From an uncultured Gammaproteobacteria bacterium (GTDB lineage: Bacteria; Patescibacteriota; Microgenomatia; Levybacterales; UBA12049), in the NCBI GenBank assembly GCA_964571255.1, contig CAZNAA010000001.1, positions 254,986 to 318,985 on the forward strand: a stretch of DNA of 64,000 bases, given 5' to 3'. Each line of letters opens with the position of its first letter. Positions within the stretch are counted from its first letter, which is position 1. Below the pieces are notes generated by a model. The model was given only the letters and a program-made list of their open reading frames with translations. It made no database searches and had not been told where the DNA came from. Shown piece by piece: positions 38,078 to 47,496 of the stretch. Position numbers and translations under genes: made by a program.

Positions 38078-38373
38078 GGTTAAGGAAAACTAAAACACTA
38101 GAGCTGACCGCTCACGGAGGCATCTATCATAAGAAGAGTTCTTTTTATGACAGGTGCCTCTTTTTGTATTTATGACTGAATTACTTTTACTTACTACTAA
38201 CAGAAACAGATTATGTAAAAACGGAGATATTTCTTTCTAGGTTTAGAAAGAAGTATGTCCGTTTTTCTTGTTTAAGCTCTACAGGCAGTAGACAAGGGAG
38301 AACTGACAAAAGAAGTGCTTATTACCTCAGGGGTATTAAGACTCTTAAAAAGAAAGGGGGTGAAAATAATATA

Positions 38374-39615
38374 ATGACTATTCGAACACGTATTACTACA
38401 GCAATTGCAACAGGCGCAGTCTTAGCGCAAGCTTTAAGTCCTCTTGCTTTTGCAGCAGACCAAACTATTACTAATAACGGAGCTTTATCTACAAATCAGA
38501 TTAACTCTTCAACTAGTAATACCACTGTTGTTGAACAAAACAATAATGCGAATGTTTCTAACGTTGTGAGTTCAACCTCATCAACTGGAGGAAATACCGC
38601 TGATTTCAACACAGGGGGAAATACAACAATCGTAACTGGAAATGCGACAAATACAACTCAGATTTCAACAGCAGCAAACCTCAATCAAGCACAAGTTGCT
38701 CCTTGCGGTAACTGCGCTGGACAAGGTGCTGATCTCACTATTTCAAACAATGGTGCAGCATCTAATAATAAAATCAATGAGGCTGTAAACGCAAATCGAA
38801 ACACCGCTAACGTAGCTGTTGGTCAAAACAACAATGCAAACGTTTATAACGGAGTTTCAGGAAACGCAAGTACAGGAGGAAATTCAGCATCACACCAAAC
38901 TAATGGAGATGTTGCTATCGTTACTGGAAACGCAGTTTCTGATGTTACAGTTGTAAATACATTGAACCAAAACAGAGCACGAGTCGGAGGAGGAATTGGA
39001 GCTGGATCAGCTAATGATTCAGAACTCTTAATCAACGGAAACGGTGCATTAAGTGTAAACCAAATCAACTCAACTCGAGAATCTGCAATTGTTCTTGCAC
39101 AGAACAATTCAGCATCTGTTTCTAACATTGTAGCTTCAAACGCTACAACGGGAGCAAACAATGCTAACTTCAACACAGGAGGAAACACTATCATCGGAAC
39201 AGGACATGCTAAAGCTAAAACAGTTGTGAGTAACACTCTCAATATGAACGTAGCTACAGTTGACTGTTCTTGTGTACTTGGAGGAGTTGATCTTACCAAG
39301 ATTGGTGGAAACGGCGCAGCATCTGTTAACGTCGTAAACCAACTGCACGAAGCAGCTGTCTTTGCTGCACAGAATGGAAATGCTGCACTCTATAACGGAG
39401 TTGGAGCAAATTCATCAACTGGCGCAAATGGAGCTAGTTTTGGAACCGGATCAGCAGACAGTGACCCAGCAATCCTTACAGGAGGAGCTGATAACATGAC
39501 TGTTGTTTCAACAACCAGTAATGCAAACGTTTTTGGTCAAGGATCTCTTCCACTAGCTGGAGTTGACCTTACCTTAAACTTTGGTCCTTTAATGGGACTA
39601 CTCTGGTGGTTATAA
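38374..39615 (+). CDS. Secreted N/T/G-rich modular repeat protein A (four ~91-aa modules, predicted beta-rich)
   Basis: Signal peptide ending AFAADQ; modules begin (T/L)I(T/S)NNGA(L/A)S.N.IN; CxxC-type Cys pairs APCGNCAG and DCSCVLGG; no LPXTG. Confidence 0.7.
   Translation: MTIRTRITTAIATGAVLAQALSPLAFAADQTITNNGALSTNQINSSTSNTTVVEQNNNANVSNVVSSTSSTGGNTADFNTGGNTTIVTGNATNTTQISTAANLNQAQVAPCGNCAGQGADLTISNNGAASNNKINEAVNANRNTANVAVGQNNNANVYNGVSGNASTGGNSASHQTNGDVAIVTGNAVSDVTVVNTLNQNRARVGGGIGAGSANDSELLINGNGALSVNQINSTRESAIVLAQNNSASVSNIVASNATTGANNANFNTGGNTIIGTGHAKAKTVVSNTLNMNVATVDCSCVLGGVDLTKIGGNGAASVNVVNQLHEAAVFAAQNGNAALYNGVGANSSTGANGASFGTGSADSDPAILTGGADNMTVVSTTSNANVFGQGSLPLAGVDLTLNFGPLMGLLWWL
38464..39573 (+). 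repeat. Intragenic tandem repeat, 4 copies of ~270-295 nt (aa 31-121, 122-219, 220-309, 310-400)
   Basis: Repeating motif series NNGA-S-N-IN / NNNANV-N / TGGN-A-NTGGN-I-TGNA found by direct reading. Confidence 0.7.
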
Positions 39616-39716
39616 CTGAGAGGTAGGTGTGTCTGGCTAGCACTTCGGTCAGACACCCTGCCCTAAAGTTTAGAGAAAATTTAATAAGAAGTGAAAAAAG
39701 AAAGTAAGAAAAATAA

Positions 39717-41948
39717 ATGAAAAACATGAAACATATAACAAGAAAAATACTAACTATTTTATTAGTTCTTAATCTCATCTTTATGCAGGCTCCTCTCGCC
39801 TTTGCTGATGACATTACAGTTCCAACAGCTCCAAGTGCACCTAGTACTCCGAGTACTCCTTCAACCCCTGAAACACCTAGTGCAAATCCAGCAAGCTCAG
39901 GTATCTCTTCCCCTACTCCACCAAGTGCACCAACACTTGAGGAAGTTTTGGCAACTCCTACTCCTACCCCAACTGGTACATCTCAAGCCCAAGCAGCAGT
40001 TACTCCATCAGCAGACTCTTCTTCTCAACAAGTTGCAAGTAATGGAGATGACAGTGATATTCAAGGCTCAGGAGGAGTAAACGCAAGCGGAAATGCTGGA
40101 GATACAATTATTTCAACAGGCAACTCGACCAATTCAGCAGTTTCAACTGCTCAAGCAAATACTAATCTCTCAACAGGTGGTGGGAGTACAACCGGACAGG
40201 GTCAAGGAGGATCAGCGGTTAGTAATTCTAACAACGGAGCAGGAAGTGCTAATACTTCAACAAATGATGAAGCTAGTGCCAAAGTAACTAATCAACAAAA
40301 CAGTGCAACTGTTGATAATTCACTCACCCAATCAACCACTACAGGAAAAAACACATCCAGTGACAATATGGGTAATACAATCATTAACACAGGAGATGCG
40401 AATGTCTCAGGAACTGCTATTACCTCAGTTAATACCAATATGGATGGAGTAATGGTAGCTGAGTTTAATATCGCTGATGATCACAAGGGTGATATTGTTT
40501 TAGATTTTGTTTCTAATTGTATTTCTGGCTGCTCCGGAGGAAACGGAAGCGCTTCAAACAAGAACAATGGAGCAAATTCTACTAATAACGCAACCAATAA
40601 CAGTACTTCAAGTAACACAACTAATCAAGACAACACAGCAACAACAGGAAATACCTTAAACCTTTCAGCCGATTCTGGAAGTAACGAAGGAAGTCGAAAT
40701 ACCAATGGAGATACTACTATTAACACAGGAGATGCAAATGTTTCTGCTAACTCTCTCACCTTTGCAAATAATAACTTCTCAGGAAACGTTGTCTATGGAG
40801 TTGTCAATATCTATGGCAATCTTGAAGGAGACATTATTCTTCCTCAAGGAGCAATTGATGCTATTCCAACAGCTGACAAAGATGCAAGTGGTAATTCAAA
40901 TAATGGAGCTGGATCAAATAACTCAACAGCAAATAACGTTTCAAATACCGATGCATCTTTCCAAAATAATGATGCCAGTATTAGTAATGAACTTGTGTTT
41001 GATGCTAATACCGGACAAAACACGGGGAGTATGAACACCAATGGAACAACGACAACTAAGACAGGTAATGCAAACGTAACAGCTAATGCCCTAAACATTG
41101 CTAATTCTAACCTTAATGGTGGCACGTGGTGGTTAATTCTGATCAATGACGGTGGGAACTGGGTTGGAAAAATCGTTGGACTTGATGATGATGCTACTAT
41201 GGCTGGATCTCAAGGCACAGAGTTTACTAAAGACGAAAATGGAACTATTAATGCTACCAGAAATGATGGTAACGGAGTTGGATCAAATAACACAGCTACG
41301 AATAATAGTACGAATACCAATACAACCACTCAAAATAACAAAGCAAACGTTAAAAACACCATGAATCTTTCTGCTAATACTGGAAAAAATGATACCAGTT
41401 ACAACACAGGGGGAAATAACAATATAAACACTGGGGATGCAAATATTACGGCTAACATGGTTAACTTTGTAAACAACAATGTCACTGGTGGAGGAAAACT
41501 CATTGTAACAGTTGTCAATGTATTTGGCAGTTGGCTTGGAGACTTTGTTACTCCAGATCAACAAAAACAACCAAAGTCTAGTGCTAAGTTACTTACTAGT
41601 GCTCAAACACAAAATCAAGAAACTACGTCATCAGGAGTAACTCCTACCCCTACTCCAACAACCTCACAACAAACAGTAGCTTCTGTTGCGCTAAGTACAG
41701 CAAAGAACTTACTCTCAGTCTCTGTTCCTGGAGGAAGTTCTTCTTCAGAGTCTCAAACAACTGTAGGAGTTTCAGGAGGAACAAATGAAGTATCAGTAAC
41801 AGGAAATGGTACAGAAAGTTTGGTTAAAGGAACAAGTACACATAATGATACATTGACTTTGAATCTTGCATGGTTAATACTGGCTTTGCCACTAGGACTT
41901 ATCCTATTTGCAGGACGAAAAGTATTAAGACGATTTAAAACTGCCTAA
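39717..41948 (+). CDS. Secreted modular repeat protein B (743 aa) with Pro/Ser/Thr-rich N-linker, four ~100-aa modules and C-terminal hydrophobic anchor
   Basis: Signal peptide, PSTPSTPETPS linker, modules NNGAGS.NTS...NTGDANV.AN, each ending in a hydrophobic Trp/Gly motif (WWLILINDGGNWVGKIVG; IVTVVNVFGSWLGDFV); C-terminal LAWLILALPLGLILFAGRKVLRRFKTA; no LPXTG. Confidence 0.7.
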   Translation: MKNMKHITRKILTILLVLNLIFMQAPLAFADDITVPTAPSAPSTPSTPSTPETPSANPASSGISSPTPPSAPTLEEVLATPTPTPTGTSQAQAAVTPSADSSSQQVASNGDDSDIQGSGGVNASGNAGDTIISTGNSTNSAVSTAQANTNLSTGGGSTTGQGQGGSAVSNSNNGAGSANTSTNDEASAKVTNQQNSATVDNSLTQSTTTGKNTSSDNMGNTIINTGDANVSGTAITSVNTNMDGVMVAEFNIADDHKGDIVLDFVSNCISGCSGGNGSASNKNNGANSTNNATNNSTSSNTTNQDNTATTGNTLNLSADSGSNEGSRNTNGDTTINTGDANVSANSLTFANNNFSGNVVYGVVNIYGNLEGDIILPQGAIDAIPTADKDASGNSNNGAGSNNSTANNVSNTDASFQNNDASISNELVFDANTGQNTGSMNTNGTTTTKTGNANVTANALNIANSNLNGGTWWLILINDGGNWVGKIVGLDDDATMAGSQGTEFTKDENGTINATRNDGNGVGSNNTATNNSTNTNTTTQNNKANVKNTMNLSANTGKNDTSYNTGGNNNINTGDANITANMVNFVNNNVTGGGKLIVTVVNVFGSWLGDFVTPDQQKQPKSSAKLLTSAQTQNQETTSSGVTPTPTPTTSQQTVASVALSTAKNLLSVSVPGGSSSSESQTTVGVSGGTNEVSVTGNGTESLVKGTSTHNDTLTLNLAWLILALPLGLILFAGRKVLRRFKTA

Positions 41949-41997
41949 CTTAGATACACTGCCTCGTATCGAAAGTATTCTGCCCCAATCTAAACGT

Positions 41998-43119
41998 ATG
42001 AAACAAATCCATATTATTTTTGGACTTATTATTTTATTATCACCATCTCTTGCCTATGCTGATGAGATTGTAGTAACAGATAATGGAGCAGCATCAGTAA
42101 ATACAGCAGAATCTAATAACTCTCAAACAACTGTTGTACAACAAAATAATACAGCTACTGTTACCAATGTAGTTACGTCTTCTTCTAATACAGGAGATAA
42201 TCAAGCAAACAATACAACGGGTGGAAATACTGCTATTTCAACAGGAAATGCCACTACAGTAACAGATGTATCAACAAGTGGAAATAACTCAGTTAGCAAC
42301 GCAGGATGCTGTGTAGAGACTCAAGACAGCTCTGTAACGGTTAGTGGAAATGGAGCAATCTCAGTCAACTCAGGAAGTGCAAATCAGAACACTACAGTAA
42401 GTCAAACATCCAACAACACGATGTCTTTAACAAATACAGTTAAAGGAGTAGCAAATACTGGAGGAAATGTTGCTAATAGTTCCAATGGAAATGTGTATAT
42501 TGAAACTGGAAAAGTAACAATTATTACAAAAAATGAGAACGGTCCTATTAATACTGCTATCAACCAAGCTGGTGTCTCCACTCAATCACATACAAATCTC
42601 AAAATCTCAGGCAATGGAGCTGGATCAGTTAACTCAGTAACTGCCTCAAATGTATTTACCGTTACCCAAGTTGAAAATAACGTAGCAAATATTATTAATG
42701 ATATCTATTCCAATGGAAACTCAGGGGGAAATACAGCCTCTTTCACTGTTGGTGACGTTGTGATTAAAACAGGAGATGTGAGTATTCTTAATTATATTAA
42801 AAATGGACCAATCAACACTTCAATCTCAGAAGTAATTTGCTGTGATCCTGGTGAGAAAACACCTCCAACAGATAATCCTCCTACCACTCCTCCATCAAAC
42901 CCAGGAGGAGGAAGTGTAACAACAAATAATCCTGGAGGAGGGTCAAGTGGAAGTTCCAACGGAAGTAGTGGATCAACGAATAATCCTGGAAATGGTAGAG
43001 TTCTCCCTGCAACAGGTAACATTGGATATCTTCTTGCAATCCTTGCAAATACGCTTCTTCTTCTCTTCGGTGGTTGGCTAAGACTGCGCGCTGGAAACTC
43101 TCCAGGGTTTCTGATGTAG
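41998..43119 (+). CDS. LPXTG-anchored modular repeat protein C (cell-wall sorting signal LPATG)
   Basis: Signal peptide, same repeat family (VTDNGAASVNTAESNN...), Cys pairs AGCCVET and ICCDPGE, Pro/Thr-rich stalk, LPATG + hydrophobic stretch + RLRAGN tail. Confidence 0.75.
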   Translation: MKQIHIIFGLIILLSPSLAYADEIVVTDNGAASVNTAESNNSQTTVVQQNNTATVTNVVTSSSNTGDNQANNTTGGNTAISTGNATTVTDVSTSGNNSVSNAGCCVETQDSSVTVSGNGAISVNSGSANQNTTVSQTSNNTMSLTNTVKGVANTGGNVANSSNGNVYIETGKVTIITKNENGPINTAINQAGVSTQSHTNLKISGNGAGSVNSVTASNVFTVTQVENNVANIINDIYSNGNSGGNTASFTVGDVVIKTGDVSILNYIKNGPINTSISEVICCDPGEKTPPTDNPPTTPPSNPGGGSVTTNNPGGGSSGSSNGSSGSTNNPGNGRVLPATGNIGYLLAILANTLLLLFGGWLRLRAGNSPGFLM

Positions 43120-43126
43120 TCTAATG

Positions 43127-43155
43127 AAAAGAAGCGGAGAAATCCGCTTTTTTTA
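43127..43155 (+). terminator. Rho-independent terminator after repeat protein C (stem aagcgga/tccgctt, loop gaaa, T7)
   Basis: Read directly: aagcggagaaatccgcttttttt. Confidence 0.55.
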
Positions 43156-43194
43156 TGCTTTACAAGATATGTAGTAAAACAGTAGAATCACTTC

Positions 43195-43731
43195 ATGCGA
43201 AGTATGCGTCTTCTCTCAACCATTTGTATCATTCTTTCTCTATCAGGATTTGTTCTTTTAGGACTTCCTTTGGCTCTTTCCTACTTCCCCGCTCCTGTGG
43301 ATTTGTCTCACGAAGTATTTAGTCTTTCTATTCCAAAAATTAAAGCACAAGCCAAAATAGTTCCCTCAGTTGATCCATGGGATGAAGAAACATATAGTAA
43401 GGCATTGAAAGTAGGGATTGCTCAAGCAAAGGGATCAGGGTTACCAAGTGAAGAAAAAGGGATGTATCTTTTTGCCCACTCATCTCTTCCCTATTTAGAT
43501 ATGATCAAAACTCATCCTGTCTTTTTTCGTTTAGGAGAGTTACAAACAGGTGATCAGATATACATTACTTATAACAAGAAAGAGTATATCTATACTGTTA
43601 CGGATAAAAAGGTGATTTGGCCAACAGAAGTAGAATATTTGACAAATAATAAATTTGACTTAGTCTTACAAACGTGTACTCCACCAGGAACAGATTTTCA
43701 AAGGTTATTAATTTTTGCTAAGAAAAATTAG
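43195..43731 (+). CDS. Sortase (transpeptidase) family protein
   Basis: N-terminal TM anchor, His in LFAHSS, catalytic Cys motif LVLQTCTPPGT (TLxTC), conserved Arg in QRLLIFAKK; 178 aa. Confidence 0.8.
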   Translation: MRSMRLLSTICIILSLSGFVLLGLPLALSYFPAPVDLSHEVFSLSIPKIKAQAKIVPSVDPWDEETYSKALKVGIAQAKGSGLPSEEKGMYLFAHSSLPYLDMIKTHPVFFRLGELQTGDQIYITYNKKEYIYTVTDKKVIWPTEVEYLTNNKFDLVLQTCTPPGTDFQRLLIFAKKN

Positions 43732-43910
43732 TAGTAGTTTTTGAGGCAAAGAATAAAGATGAGAAGAACAGTCGAAAGTGTCAAAAGTACTCCGTATCCG
43801 AGAATATTATGCACTGGTTGTTCCAATTTGTGAGTTAGCGATTTTCTCTTACTTTCAGCCATATATCTAGATTACTGATATCTCTTACACTCTGTCAATG
43901 AGGAAAACAA

Positions 43911-43941
43911 AAAAGGCCCCGCTGCAGCGAGACCTTTTTGC
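43911..43941. terminator. Bidirectional GC-rich palindromic stem-loop flanked by A-run/T-run between convergent genes
   Basis: aaaaaggccccgctgcagcgagacctttttg; core cgctgcagcg is a perfect palindrome. Confidence 0.4.
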
Positions 43942-43957
43942 AAAACGAACCCAGCTT

Positions 43958-44554
43958 CTAGAGAGCTGCTACGTTTGAAGATCCTCCAACAGTAACACCA
44001 ACACCAGTGGATGTTCCACCTGTCATGATACCGTTAGCTCCTCCAGTATTGAAACTAGAAGAGTTGTTTCCCGTGTTATTTACAACATTTGTATTCGTTG
44101 ATACAGATGTTGCATTAGTTTGACCTAACATAGTTGTATCCATCCATGTTAAGTTAACACCTGAATTCGAGAATGCACCATTTGCTCCGTTATTAATAAC
44201 AGCAGGTGCAGCAGGTACACATCCACAACCATTTACAGCTGTGTTTGTATTACCAGTAACTCCAACAGTAACTCCAGTTGTTGCAGGTCCTGTAACGATC
44301 CCATTTGTTCCACCTGTGTTAAAGTTAGAAGCGTTTCCTCCAGTATTGTTCACAACATTTGTGTTTGTTGCGACAGCTGTTGTATTTGTCTGACTAACCG
44401 CTGTTGTTTTTACTTTAAGTACATTTACAAAACTAGTTGAGAACGCACCATTTGCTCCATTGTTAATAGTAAGAGCGAATGAAGGAGTAGCCATAGCTGC
44501 AAATGCTGCTGCTGTAGCGATTCCTGTTCCAAATCTAATGATTAATTTGTTCAT
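43958..44554 (-). CDS. Secreted modular repeat protein D (two modules), same family as A-C
   Basis: Signal peptide ATPSFA; modules INNGANGAFS...NTGGN.S.FNTGG.NGI.TG; Cys pair GCGCVPAAP; strong SD ggaggtgaaaaat before ATG; no anchor. Confidence 0.65.
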   Translation of the reverse strand: MNKLIIRFGTGIATAAAFAAMATPSFALTINNGANGAFSTSFVNVLKVKTTAVSQTNTTAVATNTNVVNNTGGNASNFNTGGTNGIVTGPATTGVTVGVTGNTNTAVNGCGCVPAAPAVINNGANGAFSNSGVNLTWMDTTMLGQTNATSVSTNTNVVNNTGNNSSSFNTGGANGIMTGGTSTGVGVTVGGSSNVAAL

Positions 44555-44853
44555 AATTATTTTTCACCTCCTTTCCATTAAAAAAACCCCTCAAATGAAA
44601 TATATTGAGAGGTTCCAATTAAAGCTAACGGGCAGTTGCTAATCATAGAAATAAAACTAAATACTCTATTGATCAGCCTCCGTTGACGGTCGGCTTCTTA
44701 TCTAGAGTACAGTGGTAAAATATATCTTGTCAAGACCTAATCTAGTGTTAGTCATAATTGTGATCCACTAGTGCCAACAATTAATAACAATCACTATTTT
44801 ACTTACTTTAGTATAGAGAATCGACAAGTTTTATGTAAGAAAAGTATAAGGTA

Positions 44854-45621
44854 TTATCTGAAGAATAAGAGGTAGTAGCAGATTGAGAGTATAATTCTAT
44901 ACACTCCAAAAGCAAAAAAAGAATGACTTTGAACATAAGAGATAAACGTTTTAATTGCAATGTAGGCAGTAATAAAAGATCCCATGCATCCTAGTACTAG
45001 TAAGAAGTATTCATAAGAGGAAAAATGAAGATTAGATTTGAGCAGATCATATCCAGTTGCAGCTGCCATTGTGGGTACAGCAAGGAGAAAAGAATACTCT
45101 ACTGCGTCTTTTTTTGAAAGTCCTATTCCCAGTCCCCCAACAATAGTTGCTCCAGCTCGAGAAATACCTGGGATAACAGACACAGATTGGCATAATCCAA
45201 TAATGAGTGCTTGTTTCACGGTCATATTTGCAGTCGAAATAATTTTTTTTGTACGAAAGAGTTTATCAATAAAGAGAAAAAGTACTCCTCCCAAAAATAG
45301 CATCACTACTGTTAATAGCACGTTTTCTAAAAAAACTTCTTTAATAAGCTTATAGGCTAAAAGTCCTACAATTGCTGTCGGAAGAAAAGAGAGAAAAAGT
45401 TTTTGCATAAGGGAAATATTTTTTAGTACCGTTTTTCCGTAAGGAATAACTACGGCAAGAATAGCTCCAAGTTGAATGGCAATTTCAAATGTCTTGAGAA
45501 ACTCTGTTGGTGGAAGCTGTAGTAGGTTTGCAGTGAGAATGAGATGTCCAGTTGATGAGACAGGAAGAAATTCCGTGAGTCCCTCAACAAGAGATAAAAG
45601 GAGTGTATCAAATATTGTCAT
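44854..45621 (-). CDS. uppP: Undecaprenyl-diphosphate phosphatase
   Basis: LVEGLTEFLPVSSTGHLIL signature, 8 TM helices. Confidence 0.9.
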   Translation of the reverse strand: MTIFDTLLLSLVEGLTEFLPVSSTGHLILTANLLQLPPTEFLKTFEIAIQLGAILAVVIPYGKTVLKNISLMQKLFLSFLPTAIVGLLAYKLIKEVFLENVLLTVVMLFLGGVLFLFIDKLFRTKKIISTANMTVKQALIIGLCQSVSVIPGISRAGATIVGGLGIGLSKKDAVEYSFLLAVPTMAAATGYDLLKSNLHFSSYEYFLLVLGCMGSFITAYIAIKTFISYVQSHSFFAFGVYRIILSICYYLLFFR

Positions 45622-45624
45622 AGT

Positions 45625-46497
45625 TTATTTTTTCACAAGTAAGATAGGAATCTCAACGGTCAGTTGCAATCCTATGTGATCTGAAAGATAAATTTCCCTT
45701 CGTGGTTTTACTAGTTCTTTTTCTTCAAAAAGATACTGTGGATTTTTTATACCTATACCCTTCTCTGTTGATACCAGTAAGTAATCAAGTGTCTGGGCTG
45801 GAATATCTTTTGGAAGAAACTCTTCTCGATAGGTAGGTTTGTTTGACTGCTCAAATCCGTCTTCTACTGATATCAGTTTTTTAAACTGTGAATAATTAGA
45901 AGAAGTGCGAGGGAAATTTAAATCTCCACCAATAATACAAACATTATTCAGTTTTTTGAAGAAGGAGATGAGGGTAGCGAGTTGAGTTACTTGAGAAAGT
46001 TGCGTAGTGTGAAACAGACTTGACTCATTCCATATATGATGAAAGTCTCCGTTAAGATAAACATTAAAACACACTACATGCATCTCTTGTAGCTTTACAA
46101 CCAAAATCCCACTTTTGGCAATGTGTGAAACTACTGCCTTGCTTTTTAATGGACCTCGCTCTCTAAAGTTCGTAAAAGTAGCATATTCGACTGGATATTT
46201 TGAAAAGATAACCAGTCCCCCTTTTGCTTTTCTTCTTGTGTTTACAAAAGCAACATATGGATAGTTAGTAAGACGCCTCTTGAGAAGTGAGAAGATTACT
46301 CCCATATGGACTTCTTGTAAAAAAAGAATATCTGCATTACTTTCATTGAGTTTTGTTGCAACTACTTTCATACGAGCAACAAGGTGTTTTGAAAGTTGGA
46401 GGAAATTTCTTACTTTATGAGTTGCAGTAAAAGGTACTCCTAAGAGATTAAAGGTAAGGACAGAGAGGGATATCGTTGATAGACTTTTCTCTCCCAT
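45625..46497 (-). CDS. Endonuclease/exonuclease/phosphatase (EEP) family protein
   Basis: LTFNLLG...ADILFLQEVH and C-terminal SDHIG motifs of the EEP fold. Confidence 0.7.
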   Translation of the reverse strand: MGEKSLSTISLSVLTFNLLGVPFTATHKVRNFLQLSKHLVARMKVVATKLNESNADILFLQEVHMGVIFSLLKRRLTNYPYVAFVNTRRKAKGGLVIFSKYPVEYATFTNFRERGPLKSKAVVSHIAKSGILVVKLQEMHVVCFNVYLNGDFHHIWNESSLFHTTQLSQVTQLATLISFFKKLNNVCIIGGDLNFPRTSSNYSQFKKLISVEDGFEQSNKPTYREEFLPKDIPAQTLDYLLVSTEKGIGIKNPQYLFEEKELVKPRREIYLSDHIGLQLTVEIPILLVKK

Positions 46498-46524
46498 CTA
46501 CATATTGTATCATTAAACGTATCC

Positions 46525-47457
46525 ATGAAAAAATTAATTGCATCAATTCTTTTTATTCTAGGAATATTTCTCCTTTTCTTTTCTCTGTCTTACGTATTCT
46601 CTCCCGCTTCCCAAAAAGTCTTTGTTTCTCCTCCTGTGTCTCGTCCAGAGCTTGGAGAGATATTAGGAGATGCGTTTAGTTCTTTTATTGACTCCTCTAC
46701 TCCACCTGTTATTGGAGCAAAGTCAGCACTTATTTTTGATATTGATACAAAAACACTTCTATATGAAAAAGACCCCAAAACCCCTCGTCCTATGGCCTCA
46801 CTCACTAAAATTATGACTGCTATTGTAGCTTTGGAAAACAAAAGAGAAGATGATCGCTACAAAGTGTCTCGAACTGCAATTGTGGGAGAAAACAGCATGG
46901 GATTGGAGTCAGGTGAGGTTTTGTCACTTGAAGAGCTTCTCTATGGTCTCATTCTTCCATCCGGGAATGATGCAGCTGAAACCTTAGCCCAAAACTATCC
47001 CTATGGAAGAGTGGAGTTTATTAACGAAATGAATAAACGGGCACAGGAAATTGGTGCAAAAAATACTAATTTCACTAATCCTTCTGGTCTTCAAGGTGAT
47101 GGAGATCAATATACAACGGCTGAGGATTTAGTGCGAATTACTTTCTATGCCCTTGAAAATTTTCCAGAATTTAAGGAAGTAGTACAAACCGTTGATATCA
47201 CTCTCCCGGCAACTGGACAGCACAAGTCATATACATTAACAAACGAAACAAACCTGTTAACTTCCTATCCAGGGGTTAAAGGGGTAAAAACAGGCTATAC
47301 TCCCGAAGCTGGGCTCTGTTTAGTTACCTATATTGAATATGAAGGAAAGCGACTTATTGGAGTGATCTTAGGGAGTGAAAATAGAAGAGCTGAGATGAAA
47401 TCTCTTCTTGATTATTCGTTAAATAAAGCTGGAGTGAAACCTCCAAAGCACGATTAA
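46525..47457 (+). CDS. D-alanyl-D-alanine carboxypeptidase (S11 peptidase, low-MW PBP)
   Basis: Signal/TM anchor, SxxK (ASLTK), SGN (PSGND), KTG (VKTGYT). Confidence 0.85.
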   Translation: MKKLIASILFILGIFLLFFSLSYVFSPASQKVFVSPPVSRPELGEILGDAFSSFIDSSTPPVIGAKSALIFDIDTKTLLYEKDPKTPRPMASLTKIMTAIVALENKREDDRYKVSRTAIVGENSMGLESGEVLSLEELLYGLILPSGNDAAETLAQNYPYGRVEFINEMNKRAQEIGAKNTNFTNPSGLQGDGDQYTTAEDLVRITFYALENFPEFKEVVQTVDITLPATGQHKSYTLTNETNLLTSYPGVKGVKTGYTPEAGLCLVTYIEYEGKRLIGVILGSENRRAEMKSLLDYSLNKAGVKPPKHD

Positions 47458-47496
47458 ATTCGTTTATTTTGTTGGCTAACTTGATATAATAACTTT

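Noticed and set aside
38844-41570. Multiple 70-150 aa ORFs on both strands within the repeat-protein genes (e.g. 38844..39299-, 39802..40080+, 40705..41034+, 40844..41146-)
   Set aside because: Alternative-frame and antisense readings of the low-complexity repeat genes; Gln/Leu/Pro-rich artefacts. The main frames have signal peptides, an LPXTG and consistent module structure
43728-43862. 44-aa hydrophobic minus-strand ORF (MAESKRKSLTHKLEQPVHNILGYGVLLTLSTVLLIFILCLKNYY) between the sortase and repeat gene D
   Set aside because: Could be a genuine small membrane protein. It has no RBS, overlaps the sortase stop, and nothing supports conservation, so it is not called
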